A stretch of DNA of 63,619 nucleotides, the filler included, from Guillardia theta CCMP2712 (taxonomy: Eukaryota > Protista > Cryptophyta): the NCBI RefSeq assembly GCF_000315625.1. It is 4 parts of 4 records of this genome, joined end to end, with 100 filler letters (N's around TTAATTAATTAA, not from the genome) between each part and the next. Parts side by side here need not be neighbours in the genome. Positions count along the whole stretch, not along the records: positions 36,286 to 54,708 come from NW_005434585.1; 3 more parts are not named here. The stretch is one strand, 5' to 3'. Every line of letters starts with the position of its first letter. The first letter of the stretch is position 1. Both the position numbers and the translations under genes were made by a program. The notes below the pieces were generated by a model. It ran no database searches. It saw only the letters and a list, made by a program, of their open reading frames with translations, and was not told the DNA's origin. Of the stretch, positions 40,593-54,708 are shown in pieces.

Positions 40593-43500
40593 TCACTGCA
40601 AGGAGAGCCAGTCAGACTCTGATGGGAGTAGGAGGAGGAGGAGGAGCAGGCTGAGCAGATTCCGACGGAGGGGAGGACTGAGGGGAGGACTGAGAGGAGG
40701 ACTGAGGGGAGGAGGGTAGCGGGAGCAAGAGTTCACTTGGCACCTGAGAAGGTTGTACCGCAATGACACGAAGGACAAGGAAGGGTGGGAGGAGAGGCCG
40801 GGCGTGAGCTGGGCAAGGGCGAGTAAGTTTGCGGCTCAAGACCAGAGCTGGAGTCTGTCACCTCGTCGATCAGGTTGTAGTCAAGAAAGAGTTCCCTTAG
40901 CTTCTCCATACTCCCCACCTCCTCCCCAACAGACCTGCCAGGCATCCTTGAGGAAGCTCTGCCCCCACCCACAGCACGGACCTGATCTTGTTCTTGGTCA
41001 TCTCCAGCCGCCAGAGCAGGGGAATGCGAGCGAGGAGGAGAGGAATGCTCTCGAACATGTTGTCGTCCAGGTTGACCACCTGCTCGAGCATTAGCTCACC
41101 TCGCTCCCTCCAGCTCCCCACCTGGAGCCAGGGCATGTCAAGCAGACGACGAGGGGGGGAATTGAGACCCTGCGAAGTGGCTCTGAGCCAGGACAGGTTC
41201 CTGCGAGCGTCTGAGGTCAAGGAGGAGGAGGAGGAGGTGGTGGTGGTGGTAGTGGTGGAGTACGAGGAGGAGGAGGAGGAGGAGGAAGAGAGCTGAAGAA
41301 AGAACCTCAGGTGGTGGAGGAGTTCCTTTCCTTGGAGGTCCATGAGGGAGAGGAAGAACGAGGGGTCCTGCTGCCGGAACGAGACGTCCGGGTACTTTGC
41401 GGGAACGTCCAGAGCCCCCCTCAAAGAGATCGTGTGTACGGAGTTTGACAACCAACCCAGCTCGCAAGGAAGCTGAGGAGCAGGTGAGATACGAGCTGGG
41501 CTAGTGCTGGGGGCCTCACATCCTTGATCTTGTTGAACTCCAAGTTCAGCTTGCGGAGTCTGGCAAGGCGATTGACCTGTGAGGACTGAAGGTGAGTTGG
41601 CCGTGGGGAGGGAGGGAGGGAGGAGAAGAAGGAGGAGAAACGAGGGAGGAGGGAGGGGAAGAAGGAGGAGAAACCAGCGAGGAGGGAGGGGAAGAAGGAG
41701 GAGAAACCAGCGAGGAGGGAGGTAGATCTCAAGGGAGGAGGGAGGAGGTGCCTGTAGGTTGGTCATCCCGTTGTCATCTACAAGGAGAGCTGAGAGTGCA
41801 GGAGGGATTTGCTGCAACTCGTTTCTGTCCACCCTTAGCTCGTTCAAGTGGCTCAGTCGCCACCAGCCGGTCGCGTCCCCGTCCCTCCCCCCGAGCCACA
41901 CCAGCTTGTTGGCATGCAGATGGAGCACGCGGAGGGAGGTGCAGCAGAAGATCCCGCTCACTCCTGCTCTCCTTCAGAAACCTCCCTCCTCCTTCCTGCC
42001 TCCTCCTTCCTGCCTCCTCCTTCCTTCTCTCCTCCTTATCCTTCCTGGCTTCTCTCTCCCTCCTCCTGCCTCCTCGCTCCTCGCTCTTCCCTCCCTCCTC
42101 CTCATCCTTGCTGGCTTCTCCCTCCTCCCTCCTCCCTCCTCCCTCCCTCTCGCTCCCTCGCTCCCTCGCTCCTTGCATCCTCGCCTTTTCAGACTCGTCG
42201 TCTCCATTCCCCTCCTCCCCCACGAGCATTTGCAGCACCTGCATCTCCCTCGTGCTCCTCAGCTCGGGCCGGAGGCCTTCCGCAGAAGTAGTCCCACCCG
42301 ATCATGTTGCTGTCCAGCTGTCAGCAAGGAGGAGGAGCCGCAAACTTCTCTACTTGTCCAGCTGGAGCGTTCTCAGCTTGCTCGAGCCCGAGAGGAGGGG
42401 GACGAGGGTGAGGCGGTTGTAAGAGAGGACGAGAATCTCTAGGCTCCTCAACTGCGATGAAGTCTCGGGAACCTAGCAGGGAACTGAGCATAGGAGGAGG
42501 GGGAGGAAGAGGGGGGAGGGGGAGGGGGAGGGGAGAAAGGGAGGGAGGAGGAGGAGGAGGANNNNNNNNNNNNNNNNNNNNNNNNNNNNNNNNNNNNNNN
42601 NNNNNNNNNNNNNNNNNNNNNNNNNNNNNNNNNNNNNNNNNNNNNNNNNNNNNNNNNNNNNGAGGGGGGAGGAGAAGGAGATGGAGGGAGGAGGGAGGGA
42701 GGAGGGAGGGAGGAGGGACTCACTCAAGTCAGCAGGAATTTCCTCGATCCGGTTGCAAGAGAAATCAATCTCCTGTAGCGCAGGCAGCAGCAGCACCTCC
42801 ACAGGAATCTCCTTGAACCTGCTCCTCCCCTCACAGACTCCTCCACCTCCTCCATGCTCTACCTGTTTGCACAGCAGGACAGAAGCTTGAGAGATGTGAG
42901 GGAAGAAAGCTTCTCCGGCTATCGAGCAAGTAGTCAAAGACATCGCCTCTTTCTCCTCGCCCCTCCTCCCCATCCTCATCTGCCTCTCTCCCCTCCCTGC
43001 TTCCCATCCTCCTCTCCCACACCTCCTCCTCCTCCTTCCCCCCATTCTCACAATCGAGCACAGGTTGTTGTCGTCAAGGATCAGCATCTCCGTCTCCTCG
43101 CTCCACATGTCAACATCCTTTGCGTTCACTTCATCGGCCGCCTGCCCGTTCCTGCGGTCATCTGTCATCTGCAAGGACAGCCGCCTCCTCCTCCCTTGCT
43201 CTTGTCCTCTGCCTCTGTGATCATCCTCGTCCTCGTCCTCGTCCTCGTCCTCTGATTCACCTCTCAAGTGACATTAACCCGGACGGAGCGCCTCCTCTAT
43301 AACGCAGGCGCATCTTCGCAGCCTGGGCAGGAGGGGCAGGAATGCTGTACCAGAGCTTGCTGCAAGCACCAGCATGAGAGAGAGAGAGAGCAGAGGAGGA
43401 GCCTTACATGTTGTTCCTCCTCCTCATCGCCTCGTACTTGCTCCGATCGCTGGCCTCCAGTAACGCATCCATCTCTTCCTCCACCTCATGCTGCGCAGCC

Positions 43501-44402
43501 GTCATGAAACTTCTCGTCTCCCCTCCTCTCACCTTGGACTTCCTTTCCCTCTCTTTCTCCATCGTTCTGCTCAAACGTTCTAGCAACGCTGTCTGATAGT
43601 CTGCTCAACTTGCATGTCAGCCTGACTTCGCTACCATCTCCTCATCACCTTCAGCCTTCATTGCTTCCTCCTCCAGCCTGTCGTTCTTCATGACCCTGGA
43701 GCGCACGAGAGGAATGCTGGCTTTCGCTTCCCCCTCGCAGATGGAGGAAGAGACAGGGAAGCTGTTGCGGCATGTGACGGGTTGTGTGAGATTTTTTTCT
43801 GGAGAATGGAATTGAAAGTTGGAATCGTCCTCCGAGAATCTGATTGGACGATACTTGCTCCGCCACAGCAACGACTGTTTGTTTGCTGTGAAGATGACCA
43901 GTTCCGTTGTATTTTCCTTGCCTTCCGCTCTTCTCCTGCTCTCACCCTTGTCTTCTTCATCTACTCGTCCTTCCGCTCTTCTCCTGCTCTCACCCTTGTC
44001 TTCTTCATCTACTCGTCTTTCCAACACTGCCTCCTCTTGCTGTTGTTCACTTTCGGAACGACTTTCAGGCTGCCCCTCATTCTCGTCCCCTTCCTCTCTG
44101 CCTGCATCTCCTGCTGCATCTCCTGCTTGCTCGACTGGCTCCACAGGCTCCACAGGCTCCACAGGCTCAGAGGCCTTAGGCTTGTCAAACGTGATCCTCC
44201 TCCTCTCCCTCGCCTTCTGGCGAGCAAGCTTTTCCTGTTCCCTTACACGGCGAGCGACTACCCGCAGCGCATCCTCCTCCAGCAGCGCGAACAGGCTTCG
44301 CTTCCCTTCCGTCTCTGCCATCCATCGATGCCTCTCCCCCTCAAGCACACCGCTGCCTCCGCTCTTCCTCCTCCCCCAGCTCCCTACTACACGTCCCTCC
44401 AC
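40593..44402 (-). CDS. Leucine-rich-repeat protein (multi-exon, ends approximate)
   Basis: Repeated LxxLxLxxN motifs: LQEIDFSCNRIEEIP, LRVLHLHANKL, LNELRVDRNELQQIP, LRKLNLEFNKI, VNLDDNMFESIP. Confidence 0.75.
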
Positions 44403-44796
44403 GCTCTGTCCGTTGTGCCATACCAGTCAAATTTGACGCGCTAGCTAAGGAATCGCATGCCGGTCACTCAGTCCCCGGACACTCATTTCGAGTCAACTTA
44501 AGTTTTAGTTCGGGCCGCGCCTCCGTGACGGTGATCCTGCTTTGAGTAAATATCTGTCTGACCGTGACTCCTGACAGTGCCGGCGGCCGCAACCCGGGCC
44601 GGTGACCGGCGGCGGGCCGCCCGGCCAGACGCCCGGCCGGCCGGGCCGCGTCGGGCCGCCGCGCCGTCGGGTCCGAGTCCCGCCGCCGAGTCCGGCGCCG
44701 TGACCACGGTCACCGTTGAACGGTCACCGGGTTAATCGAATCAACCTCCACCTCACTGGCCAGAATCTATTTAATCCAAGATCCACCAAAGACTAA

Positions 44797-45179
44797 GGCC
44801 CGTTTCCCGCCGGCTCCCAGATTCCAGATTCCAGATTTTTTCATACAAATATAAGTCAATTTCCTTTTTTTCTCCTCCAAATGTTTTGGAGAACTCAACT
44901 ATAAGTCATTTTAATTTGAGAATGAAACGATGCGGTTGACTTTCCCAGATTTTGCTTTTCGAATGGGCAGGCACTATATGGAAATATACTATTAGCTCAA
45001 TCGAGAAAAATTGTTAGAATGTAGGGAGGGTACGCTTGGAGCATCAAATATGAACAGGCAGGGGACCCCACCCCCAATCAGTATGTATTGAAAGCACCGG
45101 TGAATATTTCGGGGTAAATTTCAAATCACTTTGAATAAAGTCAAAAATCTGGAATCTGGGAGCCGGCGGGAAACGGGCC
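44797..45179. mobile_element. PIF/Harbinger (Tourist-like) MITE, 383 bp
   Basis: TIR GGCCCGTTTCCCGCCGGCTCCCAGATTCCAGATT at both ends. TAA TSD at 44794-44796 and 45180-45182. AT-rich noncoding interior. Confidence 0.92.
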
Positions 45180-46035
45180 TAACTCTCAGTACACCTGAGA
45201 TCCTTACACCAACCTTATTCACCTCAACGATACACAGCTGTGCAGTCTCGAACACCTTTACTGATGATGATAGAACTCTCAGAAGAACCACACAACACTT
45301 CCTTTATTCACAGCAGCCACCTCCCCTTCAGACGGTCCCTTGCAACCAAGTACAATGCACAGCGCGCTGAGGACACGTCTCGCCGTCTCCAAGAACTTAT
45401 CCGAGTTCTTACACCCTCCCTGACGAAGTTAAGCGAGATTCTCAGCTTATCTCAATCAGATGATCCTTCCATATCTTCCTGCTGCTGCATCATCCTCCTG
45501 CTCCTGCACATCCCCTGTGCTCCTCCACTGATCCAGGCTGCTCCTGTTGTGCAACCCTGTGCTTCTCCATGCACCTGCTGCTGCTGTGCATCCCCGTGCT
45601 CCTCCATGCTCGTGCCGCTCCCCTTGAACGCCCGGCGGCCCGGATCATTCCGGCCCCCGGCGTCCGCCGAACCCCCGGGCGGGCCCGGGTGACGCGGTGC
45701 CGGTGACGGCCGCACACTGAGTTTAACTGTGACTGTGTTGGACTGTGACGATGACCGCACTGTTCCGCCAAGGTGGTTCTTGTTGAGGAGTCGGAGAGTG
45801 GCCGCCGGGGTTCGGAAGTCACTCGGGCGATCGGGTGACTGATCAGCAGGCGGTCGAGGGGCCGCGCGTTTCAATGTACAAGACTAACTTAACTAGATGA
45901 TATCATACTCCTCTCAGCCGTTGCCTGTAACACCACCTGGACCTCGCCATGAATGCCGCAGCGAGAACTGCAGATCTGCCATATCGGAGCGTCAGGAGGC
46001 ACCAGCGAGGAGCTGAAGAAGCCTGGCATTCAACT

Positions 46036-46160
46036 AGCACAATCATGCACGCACAGCACAATCATGCACGCACAGCACAATCATGCACGCACAGCACAAT
46101 CATGCTGTGCTTTACGCACAGCACAATCATGCACGCACAGCACAATCATGTACGCACAGC
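46036..46160 (+). repeat. 19-bp minisatellite (GCACAATCATGCACGCACA)n
   Basis: About 6 copies read directly. Confidence 0.9.
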
Positions 46161-46189
46161 CTCCTCTATCACGATTGATTATGCATCAT

Positions 46190-47600
46190 GCATCATCATC
46201 GCTATGATAGTCGTCTAAATCCTCATCACGATTGACGATCCGTTGCCCATCTCGCTCACCTGATATCTTGCGTCCGAGCTCATACGTGAGGTCAGGATCT
46301 GTGACCGTCGTCTGCAGTCTCGTTGTGAGGGGAGAAGAGCGATGATCCATCACACTCACAAACATGCTGGACAGAAATTGGTCGCCATCGCTCGTAATGC
46401 TGCCGTTCACTGCATGGCAACCATCAACACCGCCCCAAAGGAGGAGATGAATGTACCAACTGATATCACACTCTCGTCCTGAACCTGAGCAGGATAAAGA
46501 CGTGGGAAGAGGCTCATCAGAAGACAACAGGATGGGGAAGGGGGAGGAAAGGAAGTTGAAGGAGGAGGAAGGACGCGACAGGAATGGAACGCATGCGCGT
46601 TTGGGAGGTGAACAACTTTTCACCTTGTATTCGCTGAGCACCTTAGAATCATCGCTGAGAGCATAGCATCCGCAGAACAGTTTTCCGTCTCGGACCCATG
46701 AGATGTCATTGTCGTTCCGGAATCCATCGAGCTCGAATCCATCGCCTTCAGCCTGATGCAGCTTCCTCTGCAACACAACGTTCGCCACTCCCAACCACTC
46801 CACTGGCGATTTACCTTCATGCACACAAAAATCTTTCTCCTCAGTTGCCCGACGGTTGTCTTGTGCAAGCAGACAGAAATCTGCAACACGAGCGCGGCAG
46901 TGATGACGAGCTTTCTTCTGATCATGAAAGGGAAACCTGAAGCTTCCTGCCACTCTTGGGGTCGTTGACAAAGACCACTTCCTCTCCTTGCCAAAGAGCT
47001 GAATAGAAAGCGATCAACAATTGTCCCACCTTCGTTCACGTAATCTTTCCAAACATCCTGTACGAACTTGTATCCACCCACTGCCACCAACATGAGATGA
47101 ACATCAACCAAGTGCAAGATCAATCAACATTTTGACGTGTCTATATCAGCCTGAGATAGATGATCAGCCAGAGACTCAGAGATGGAGGATTTGTTACCTC
47201 ATATTTCTGTTTCAACCATGACTTCGTCTCTTCTGTCAAGTCTGGTCGTAAAAGAGTAGCCTGTAACACAGCATAAGAACCATCAGTCTAGATTATATCT
47301 CATATCCCGCCATGCTGGCTTGCCCTATATGCTACTAACCCCATAGTATCCTGTTTCAACAACATTCGCGTACAGTCGCACCCATCCTCTCTTGTGATTC
47401 TTGTCCTCCTCTCCTCTCCTCTCCACTCCACTCCTCTCCGGATCATCTACAACTCCACCATCATTTGTCACCTTGAATCTTAGTACGCAAAAAACTTGTA
47501 ACGATGCAGATTGAATTCCAAAATTTCGGAGCTCGCTCTTCCCTTCATGTCTCCCTTCTGTTCCACCAAGGATCGCATCCACATAAACTCCTCCATGGCA
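46190..47600 (-). CDS. Hypothetical multi-exon protein
   Basis: Overlapping protein-like minus-strand ORFs separated by GT-AG intron-like segments. No family recognised. Confidence 0.4.
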
Positions 47601-49251
47601 TCATCTTCTCCCGCCCATGCTCGCTATCTAACGCCTCGTCCTCTTTCTATTGTGGCGCCTTTATATGTTTATGGGGGCGCCTCTCTACAGCTGAAAGAGC
47701 CCCTGTAACTGAGCCGGCTGATAATCGTACGGTACTCCCGGGGGCAGACGGTCTGGGCCGCAGTTTCCCCGAAGATCACGATCTTACTGGTATCACTAAT
47801 TTCCGCTAGAATCCGATGGCACGAATATATTACACATTAAACTTATGGCGCGTCGACTCGATCGATTACGGGGTTTACTAGTACGGTCTGGGAGCCGGCA
47901 TCAGTAGAGTAACTGGGATTGAACTGGCCGACAGGCAACTGTTCTGGACGGAGTGCCGCTTCAGCTTGCCTTGGAAAGTGCAAGTGGCATGCGCCACGCG
48001 AAGGAACCGGGTTGACTCTGGATCTTTTTCAACGAGATGGGCAAGGTGAGAGTGGAACCTGGAGGACTTATATGCGCGGCCGGCTTGGGAATTGCAAGTC
48101 GTTCTAATAAGCGCAGTGTCGAGTCTCAAGTGGGGAGAAGTATATACATTGTGTGGAATATCAATCATCGAGAGATCTCCGGAGAAAGGTAAGAGAGCTC
48201 ATCCAGAGAGAGAGCAATTTCGGGAAAGGGNNNNNNNNNNNNNNNNNNNNNNNNNNNNNNNNNNNNNNNNNNNNNNNNNNNNNNNNNNNNNNNNNNNNNN
48301 NNNNNNNNNNNNNNNNNNNNNNNNNNNNNNCCTCTCCTCTCCTCTCCTCCTCCTCCTCCCTTCTCCCTCTCCCTCTCCTCTCCTCTCCTCTCCTCTCCTC
48401 CATCCTCCCACATCCCTGCCGACTCACCTCAACAGCGTCCATTCTTGCAGGTCAAGACTTAACACCACCCCACCCCCTCTGAAACCTCACTACCCACACT
48501 TTGCATTTTCACCACCCCTTTCTACCTACCCCTTCTATCTTACCCCACCCCTAACTTTCCCCCAGTTCCCTTCAAACATTCCCCGGCCCATGGCGAGAAG
48601 CCGCCTAGGGGAGCCAGTGGGGAGGCAAGGAGAGCAGGAGGGAAAGAGAGATTCAGGAAGGGACCAAGTTACAGATAGAAAGAGACGAGGGAGTTACAGA
48701 TAGAAGAGACAAGAGTTGCTGCAAGGAGCTGGAGACGAAGAGGAGGAGGATACGAGTGGTACAAGGGACGTACTGAAAGTGAAACTCTGTCTGACATAGT
48801 TGCTGCAGACGTGGAATGTTCAGCTTGTTCCTCCAGATCTATTCAAAGAGATCAAAAAGAGCTGCTTCATCCTGTCTGGCTGAGGAGCAAGATGATTCCA
48901 GCAGCATACGGAGCAGCGAGGAGTCCATTGATGGGTATTGGGTGAACAACGACGGATTCGACCTGCTGGGAAGCAGCTCATGGTTTCCTGGCATCCTCAA
49001 CCCGAGCTTGGACAGCAAGCCAGAAAGTGGCTGATTACGAATGTTGGCAAGAACAGCTGTAGCCGTGCCCGGATTTTGTCTCTTGCTCCATCCCAGGGGT
49101 GAGAAGGGCATTTTGTAAGGTTTACAAGCTGCGTGAGGTACAAGAGGAAGACATTCTTGCTCACTTGTCAAAGTGACATGTCATTCAAGTTGTAGCTACT
49201 CATGTATTTTCATGATTGTTCTTTGTTAGTTTGTTACCCCGTGGCTGTCCA

Positions 49252-50568
49252 TCACATCCCTCCGCGTAGTGCAAGCACCTGAAGAAAGGTTAATAACATA
49301 ATGTGTAAGGCGATTAATAATCAAAGTAAAACTAAGATTAAAGGTATCATAAAATGCAAACGAATGCAGGCAGGCTGGAAGGCAATCAGGTAGGACGCCA
49401 GTAAACATGAGGAAGTGGAAAAGCGAACGATAACTGAGCATGACTTACCAAGTGAAGAGTTGATCCTCCTTCTAAGTTGTAATCAGAAGCTGTTTTATCA
49501 TCATGCATTTGCTTTCCTCCAAAAATAAGACGCTGCACAACAATCGATGAGCTACAGGGAGAACGAGGATCGGGTGAAAGCAAGTACCTGCTGTGGGGGG
49601 GGGATTCCCTCCTTCTCCTCTACTCTTTCCTTGATTCGCTTGACCGTATCGGTTGGCTCGATGTCAAATTCAATCTCCTTTCCTGTTATCACCATCAGAA
49701 TTCACTCATTTTTTGAGAGCACAGAGAGGGTCCTCGTTAAATTTGGTTTAGGATGTCAAGTTATGAATGAGAGAGAAAACTTGACATTAACAGCAACGTA
49801 TGAAGAAGGAATGAGATCGCAAGAGAGATCAAGCATCAATGAGTCGATGCATGTTGTCTTTGTACGGCATGCGAATATGGATAAGTGCGGACTGCAACAT
49901 CGTGATCGCCCATATGTTGCCTCACGACAACATGCAAACGAACATGCACATGCACATGCACATGCACATGAAAACGAAGATCAAAGTGCAGACGCACACA
50001 CACGCATGTATCACCTATCACAGAATGCACGAACAGCAGCAGAAGTCATGTTTAAACCGGCAGCACAGATGCATCCGGTGTTCATCGGAAAGGTGAACAC
50101 GGATGGCATTAGTGGAGGCAGTTCATGGAGGAATCAACAGACGGAATGTCAACGATAAGGTCTCTGAAGGCGATATCGAGCTTCATGGCGACATTCGTTG
50201 TGATGTTTCGTTTCAAGAGCGGACTACAATCATCATATTCACAATACTTTCAAAAGCAGCTCCGTGGGGTCAACTTGTTGAATACTCGTAATGGCAGTGG
50301 GTAACATTCTAACAGGAGAGGAGATGTGGGCTCGATGTAGTATGGAAAGAGCCATACACTCAAGTTGATCAGAGTGCAGCGTCAAAATGGATGATGAAAA
50401 GGTGATTTGTAGAAAGAAAAGGAAACAGACGGTGTGTTGGAGTGCAGGTGCTAGAATCGAGGACAGCAATGATTGTACATATACGAGAAGGGGTAGAGGA
50501 GGGAGGCGAAGGCAGAGAAGAAGATCGAGGAGGAGCTTGCCTGTCAACGTTTTGACTTTGATCTGCAT
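49252..50568 (-). CDS. NEDD8: NEDD8/RUB1 ubiquitin-like protein (4 exons)
   Basis: Spliced [10 protein letters not shown]|[31 protein letters not shown]|[28 protein letters not shown]|[14 protein letters not shown] is NEDD8-diagnostic. Confidence 0.95.
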
Positions 50569-51769
50569 GGCGGCGGTGCGCGGGAACAGAACGCTTTGGA
50601 AGGAGATGCCTTTTTGGTAGGGGTGGGGCACATATTTTCAGGGGTGGGTCATCAAAAAGATGTGTAGGGGTGCAAGAGCACCGGTTATGTTTACAGCAAT
50701 CTTTCCTAGGAATCACCGGTATCAACAAACACAAGAGGGTAGGTGTCGTGATTGTACCGGTATTTGTGAACTTGCTTTGAAAAGTACGGGTAGGGGTGGG
50801 ATGACGCGGTATCGAGAAACTTTGATTTCAAACTTTCGCATGGAACTTTGGCCTGACCATTCGGCCCTCAACTTCAAAACTCCGAGAAGTTTCTGGAATA
50901 AAACTGTTTTAGGGGGAGCAAACTTTGAAAGTTTCCAAGAGCTCAAAAGTTTGTTCAAAGTTTCAACAACAGGCTCAAAGCGCCTTACTTTTATGAGGTG
51001 ACGGGGCCTAGGGGGTGGGGTACTTGATGCATCAATGTGTACCTTGTTGTTCCACTAGTAAATTCTGCATATAGGGGTGGGTACAGATTCGATGACGGGG
51101 TGGTAGTTCGGGTGGTGGGGGGCGGTAAAACTGAAGGGTGTAAGTCTACTACCCCACCCCGTTCAATGCATACCCACCCTCATCGGTTGTCAGCATTTGC
51201 TCACCACCTACCTTTCCTACTATACCTACAGTACCAATCATCTCTACATTAGTACCCACCCATACCCCTTGATGACGCTTACTCACCCCTACCCACCTTT
51301 TGTAGACGATTCCGTCAACCCCACCCCCGAAATTTGGCCCCCCACCATATAAACCTATTCTTTCAGTACCCCACCCCCTCGAATTTCACATCATAGGCTT
51401 TCCCCACCCCCGTAATAACCCTCTATTGTCCCTGCTCTTGTTTGCCCTGACATCCTCGGCCGCAATGCAGGGGGGCAGGAAAGAAATGAGGGAAGGCGAA
51501 GAGCATGTGAGAGAGGCAGGAAAAGAATGTATTGAAACTGAAAGCAGAGATAATTTCCTGCTTTACCTAGTCTAAGCTGTAGCGATCAGTCGATCAAACT
51601 TAGATGTATGAAGATCACTTTAGAAATAGCTTGAAGCTTCATTTCCAATCTAGCATATGCTCTTAATTCAAAGGTTTCTCAGTTCGCAGAGCTATGCGCC
51701 GATATGATGGTTGGCACCTTCATACGTTCCAGATCCAGGAATTTCTCCTCACACTTTGCTGGCAGAAGC

Positions 51770-52644
51770 ATGTTCAGAGCTGCATCATTGTTCCTCGTCA
51801 CCCTCTCCTATGCGGTTGCATTCACTCCAAGCTCTTTCATTCCTGCTGCTGGAAGGAAGCCCTTGGTAAGCTCAGGCTGTGTCATCTTTGCTTCTGATGC
51901 GTGCGATGCAGGCCATCTCCTCTAGGCAAACAACCCGTTCCAGCGTCGTTGGAGGATTGAAGATGGAGGACTCCTCCTTCCTTCGCAGTTCGCCTAAGCC
52001 AGTATGCTCTCGCTTCCTCTTGCTGTAGAGATGAACCAACAACCCCTTGCAGAAGTCGCTCAAGGACAAGGGTCTCTCCGACGAGGAGCGCGCTGCTGCT
52101 CAGCAGATGGACTCTGAGGCTGCTTGGGAGGCTGCTCAGGTTTCACACGTCCACTTGCTTGCCTCCCCCGAGCTCACTCGCACCATGCAGCGCAAGGCAG
52201 CTGAGACTGGGGGCATCGCTGTTGACTTCAACCCGTACGATCCTGAAACCGGGTACGAGCTCCTCCTCGTCACGTCCCATGCTGACGCCTCTTAGCTACT
52301 GGCTGGGCGAGTGGATCTGCGCTGACTGCGGCTACATCTACGGGTCTCGTGGAGAGACTCAGCCCTTCGAGACCCTTGGAAGGTGAAAGTCGCTCGGCTT
52401 TGTGCGATGGTGCTCACGTCCTGTCAAGATGGTACAAATGCCCGCAGTGCGCCGGCCCTCGCCGTAGGTTTGCGAAGAAACTTGGAAACAAGGTGAGGAA
52501 GATATGAGCAGAGACAACAAGGGTTGAGCTGGATCTCAGGTGGGAGGAGCTTCTGGTGACAACGCTATCCTCATCTCTACTCTCATTGGCCTTGCCGCCA
52601 TCATCGGCGCGTTCATCTTCGGATTGCAGATCTCGGCGTTCTAA
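51770..52644 (+). CDS. Plastid-targeted rubredoxin-domain protein with a C-terminal transmembrane helix
   Basis: Signal peptide ending AVA-F, WICADCGYIY...YKCPQC (two CxxC motifs) and a hydrophobic C-terminus. Confidence 0.85.
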
Positions 52645-52840
52645 ACCCTTTTTCACATTTGTGATCATGAAGACAAGGCGATGAAAGTTTATCCCTTCTT
52701 GTCTTCCGGGGTCAGACAAGCTTGGTTAGAACCCCAGCTGTCAGGTAGTGTAAGAGCAAGGGCTAGAGGCAGTGGAGGGCAGGGGGCAGGGGACAGGGGC
52801 AAGGGCAGGGGGCAGGGGGCAGGGGGCAGGAGAAGGAAGG

Positions 52841-54708
52841 TTACTTTGTCTGGATGAGGAGGGTGATGATTCCAGCAACGTATCCCATGGCAGCACCCGG
52901 TGCGATCTTCTTGAGGTACCAGAGGAAGGAGATGTTCTCCATGCCCATGAAAGCGATGCCGGCTGCGCTCCCTATGACAAGCATGGAGCCTCCAGTGCCT
53001 GCCAGCTGGATGTCAGCTGAGCAGAAGAGCGATAGAGCTGGGAGTGCCTGCACAGAATGCTATGAGGTCCCAGAACTGACTGTCGGTCGGGATGATGGAG
53101 AGATCGTACATGCCCATGGCTGCAGCGACGAGAGGTACGTTGTCGATGACCGCAGAGACAACCCCGATGATCATGGCGACTGCCTTGCCGTATGAGCACG
53201 AGGAGCGGAGGGGAATGAGGAAGAGGCAGACAGGAGCAGTGCAGGGGAGCAGACGAGCAGGCGAGCAGAAAGAGGTAGTGGTGTTGAGGAGATGGCATAC
53301 CGATGTTGTTGTCTGGAACGACTTGGCCAAGAAGCTGAGCGACCTTGACGAGAACTCCTGCGCTCTCAAGCGCCGAGACAGCCTGGCGAGTGATGAGGAT
53401 GAAGGACCCAAGGAAAGAGAAACAAGAGACAAGGAGAGAGGAAGGAGGGTGGAGAGGACTTGAAGGAGGCGGAGTGCAGGTAGCAGTAGGTGAAGGCGGT
53501 GGACGCTGGAGGAGACAAGGAGAAGGAAGAGAGAGGGAGCGGGAGGATGACAAGGGAGAAGGGAGAGAAGCAGGGGGAGGATTGGAGGAGCGAGGAAAGG
53601 GAGGAGGGAGATAATGGAGAGGGCGAAGAGAGGGAGGAGAAGGCGAGGAGAGACGACCATGAGAATGCCGAGGAAGAAGATCGCGCCAGACATGTCGATT
53701 CGTCGCAGAGCCTCGGGGACTTTGAGCTCCGGCCTGTGAGAAGAATAAAAAAGAAAGAAAGGAAAAGAAAGAAACGAAAGCGAAGGAGATCAGCCGAGAA
53801 ACAAGTTGGGACGGTAAATCAAGTGGCAAGACAGAGAAAGAAAGGCTGAAATCGACCTGTCGTTTCCATGTAGTCTGTCGGTGATGGCCCACACAGCAGA
53901 TGTGGCGAGGAGCATTCCTGACAGTGACATCAGTTGGTGCAACATGAGCGAGCTAGGAGGTGGAGGATGAGAAAGAAGCCAGGAAGATCAACAAAGAAGA
54001 GCGAGAGCGACGGAGAAGGGTCAGGCCGGGGGAATGGAGGGGCGATATGGAAGAGGGAGAGGGAGAGGGAGAGAAAGGGGGGGCGGGGGGGGGAAGGGAA
54101 AGAGAGGGAGTAGGGGGGAAAGAGGAGGGAGAGGGAGAGGGAGAGGGAGAGGGAGAGGGAGAGGGAGAGGGAGAGGAAGAGGGAGAGGGAGAGGGAGAGG
54201 GAGGGAGGAGGGCAACAACTGACCAGCGAATGGAGGAAGGTGGGAGAGGGTCTTGAACACAGGAACGAAGAGCAGACCTCCGACCCCAACTGCCTTTTCT
54301 CAGCTGAACCATGCAGAGGAGCTGAGAACTGACCTGAAAAGATGAGGGGCCCTCCTCTTGGTACATCGCTCGATGATGGCGCAGGTGCCTCCATCGTCTG
54401 CTGTGTGTGAGGAGGAGGAGGAGGAGGAGGAGGAGGAGGAGGAGGAGGAGGAGGAGGAGGAGGAGGAGGAGGAGGAAGCAAGGCAAGAGAGAATGGAGAA
54501 GTGGAGGATGGAAGTGAAAACAAAGGGGAAAAATTTCTGAAAAGGGGGCAATATGGGAGGAGAAGGGAGGGTGTGAATGGGCGATTGAGTGAGTGAGGAA
54601 AGGAAGCAGGGAGGGAGGGAGGGAGGGAGGGAGGGAGGGAGGGAGGGAGGGAGGGAGGGGGAGTCCTCACCTTGCTGCCTGCCGGGAGGAGATGCCTACT
54701 GAGAGCCC
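52841..54708 (-). CDS. NhaD-type Na+/H+ antiporter (NHD1-like), 3' part
   Basis: IFFLGILM|[31 protein letters not shown] and [10 protein letters not shown]|[13 protein letters not shown]. The 5' end is lost at the linker. Confidence 0.88.

Noticed and set aside
48590-49034. Small plus-strand gene candidate
   Set aside because: Only short frames with no family similarity; insufficient support.
50130-50236. Possible C/D snoRNA in the NEDD8 intron (ATGATGA on the minus strand)
   Set aside because: No CTGA D box at a suitable distance.
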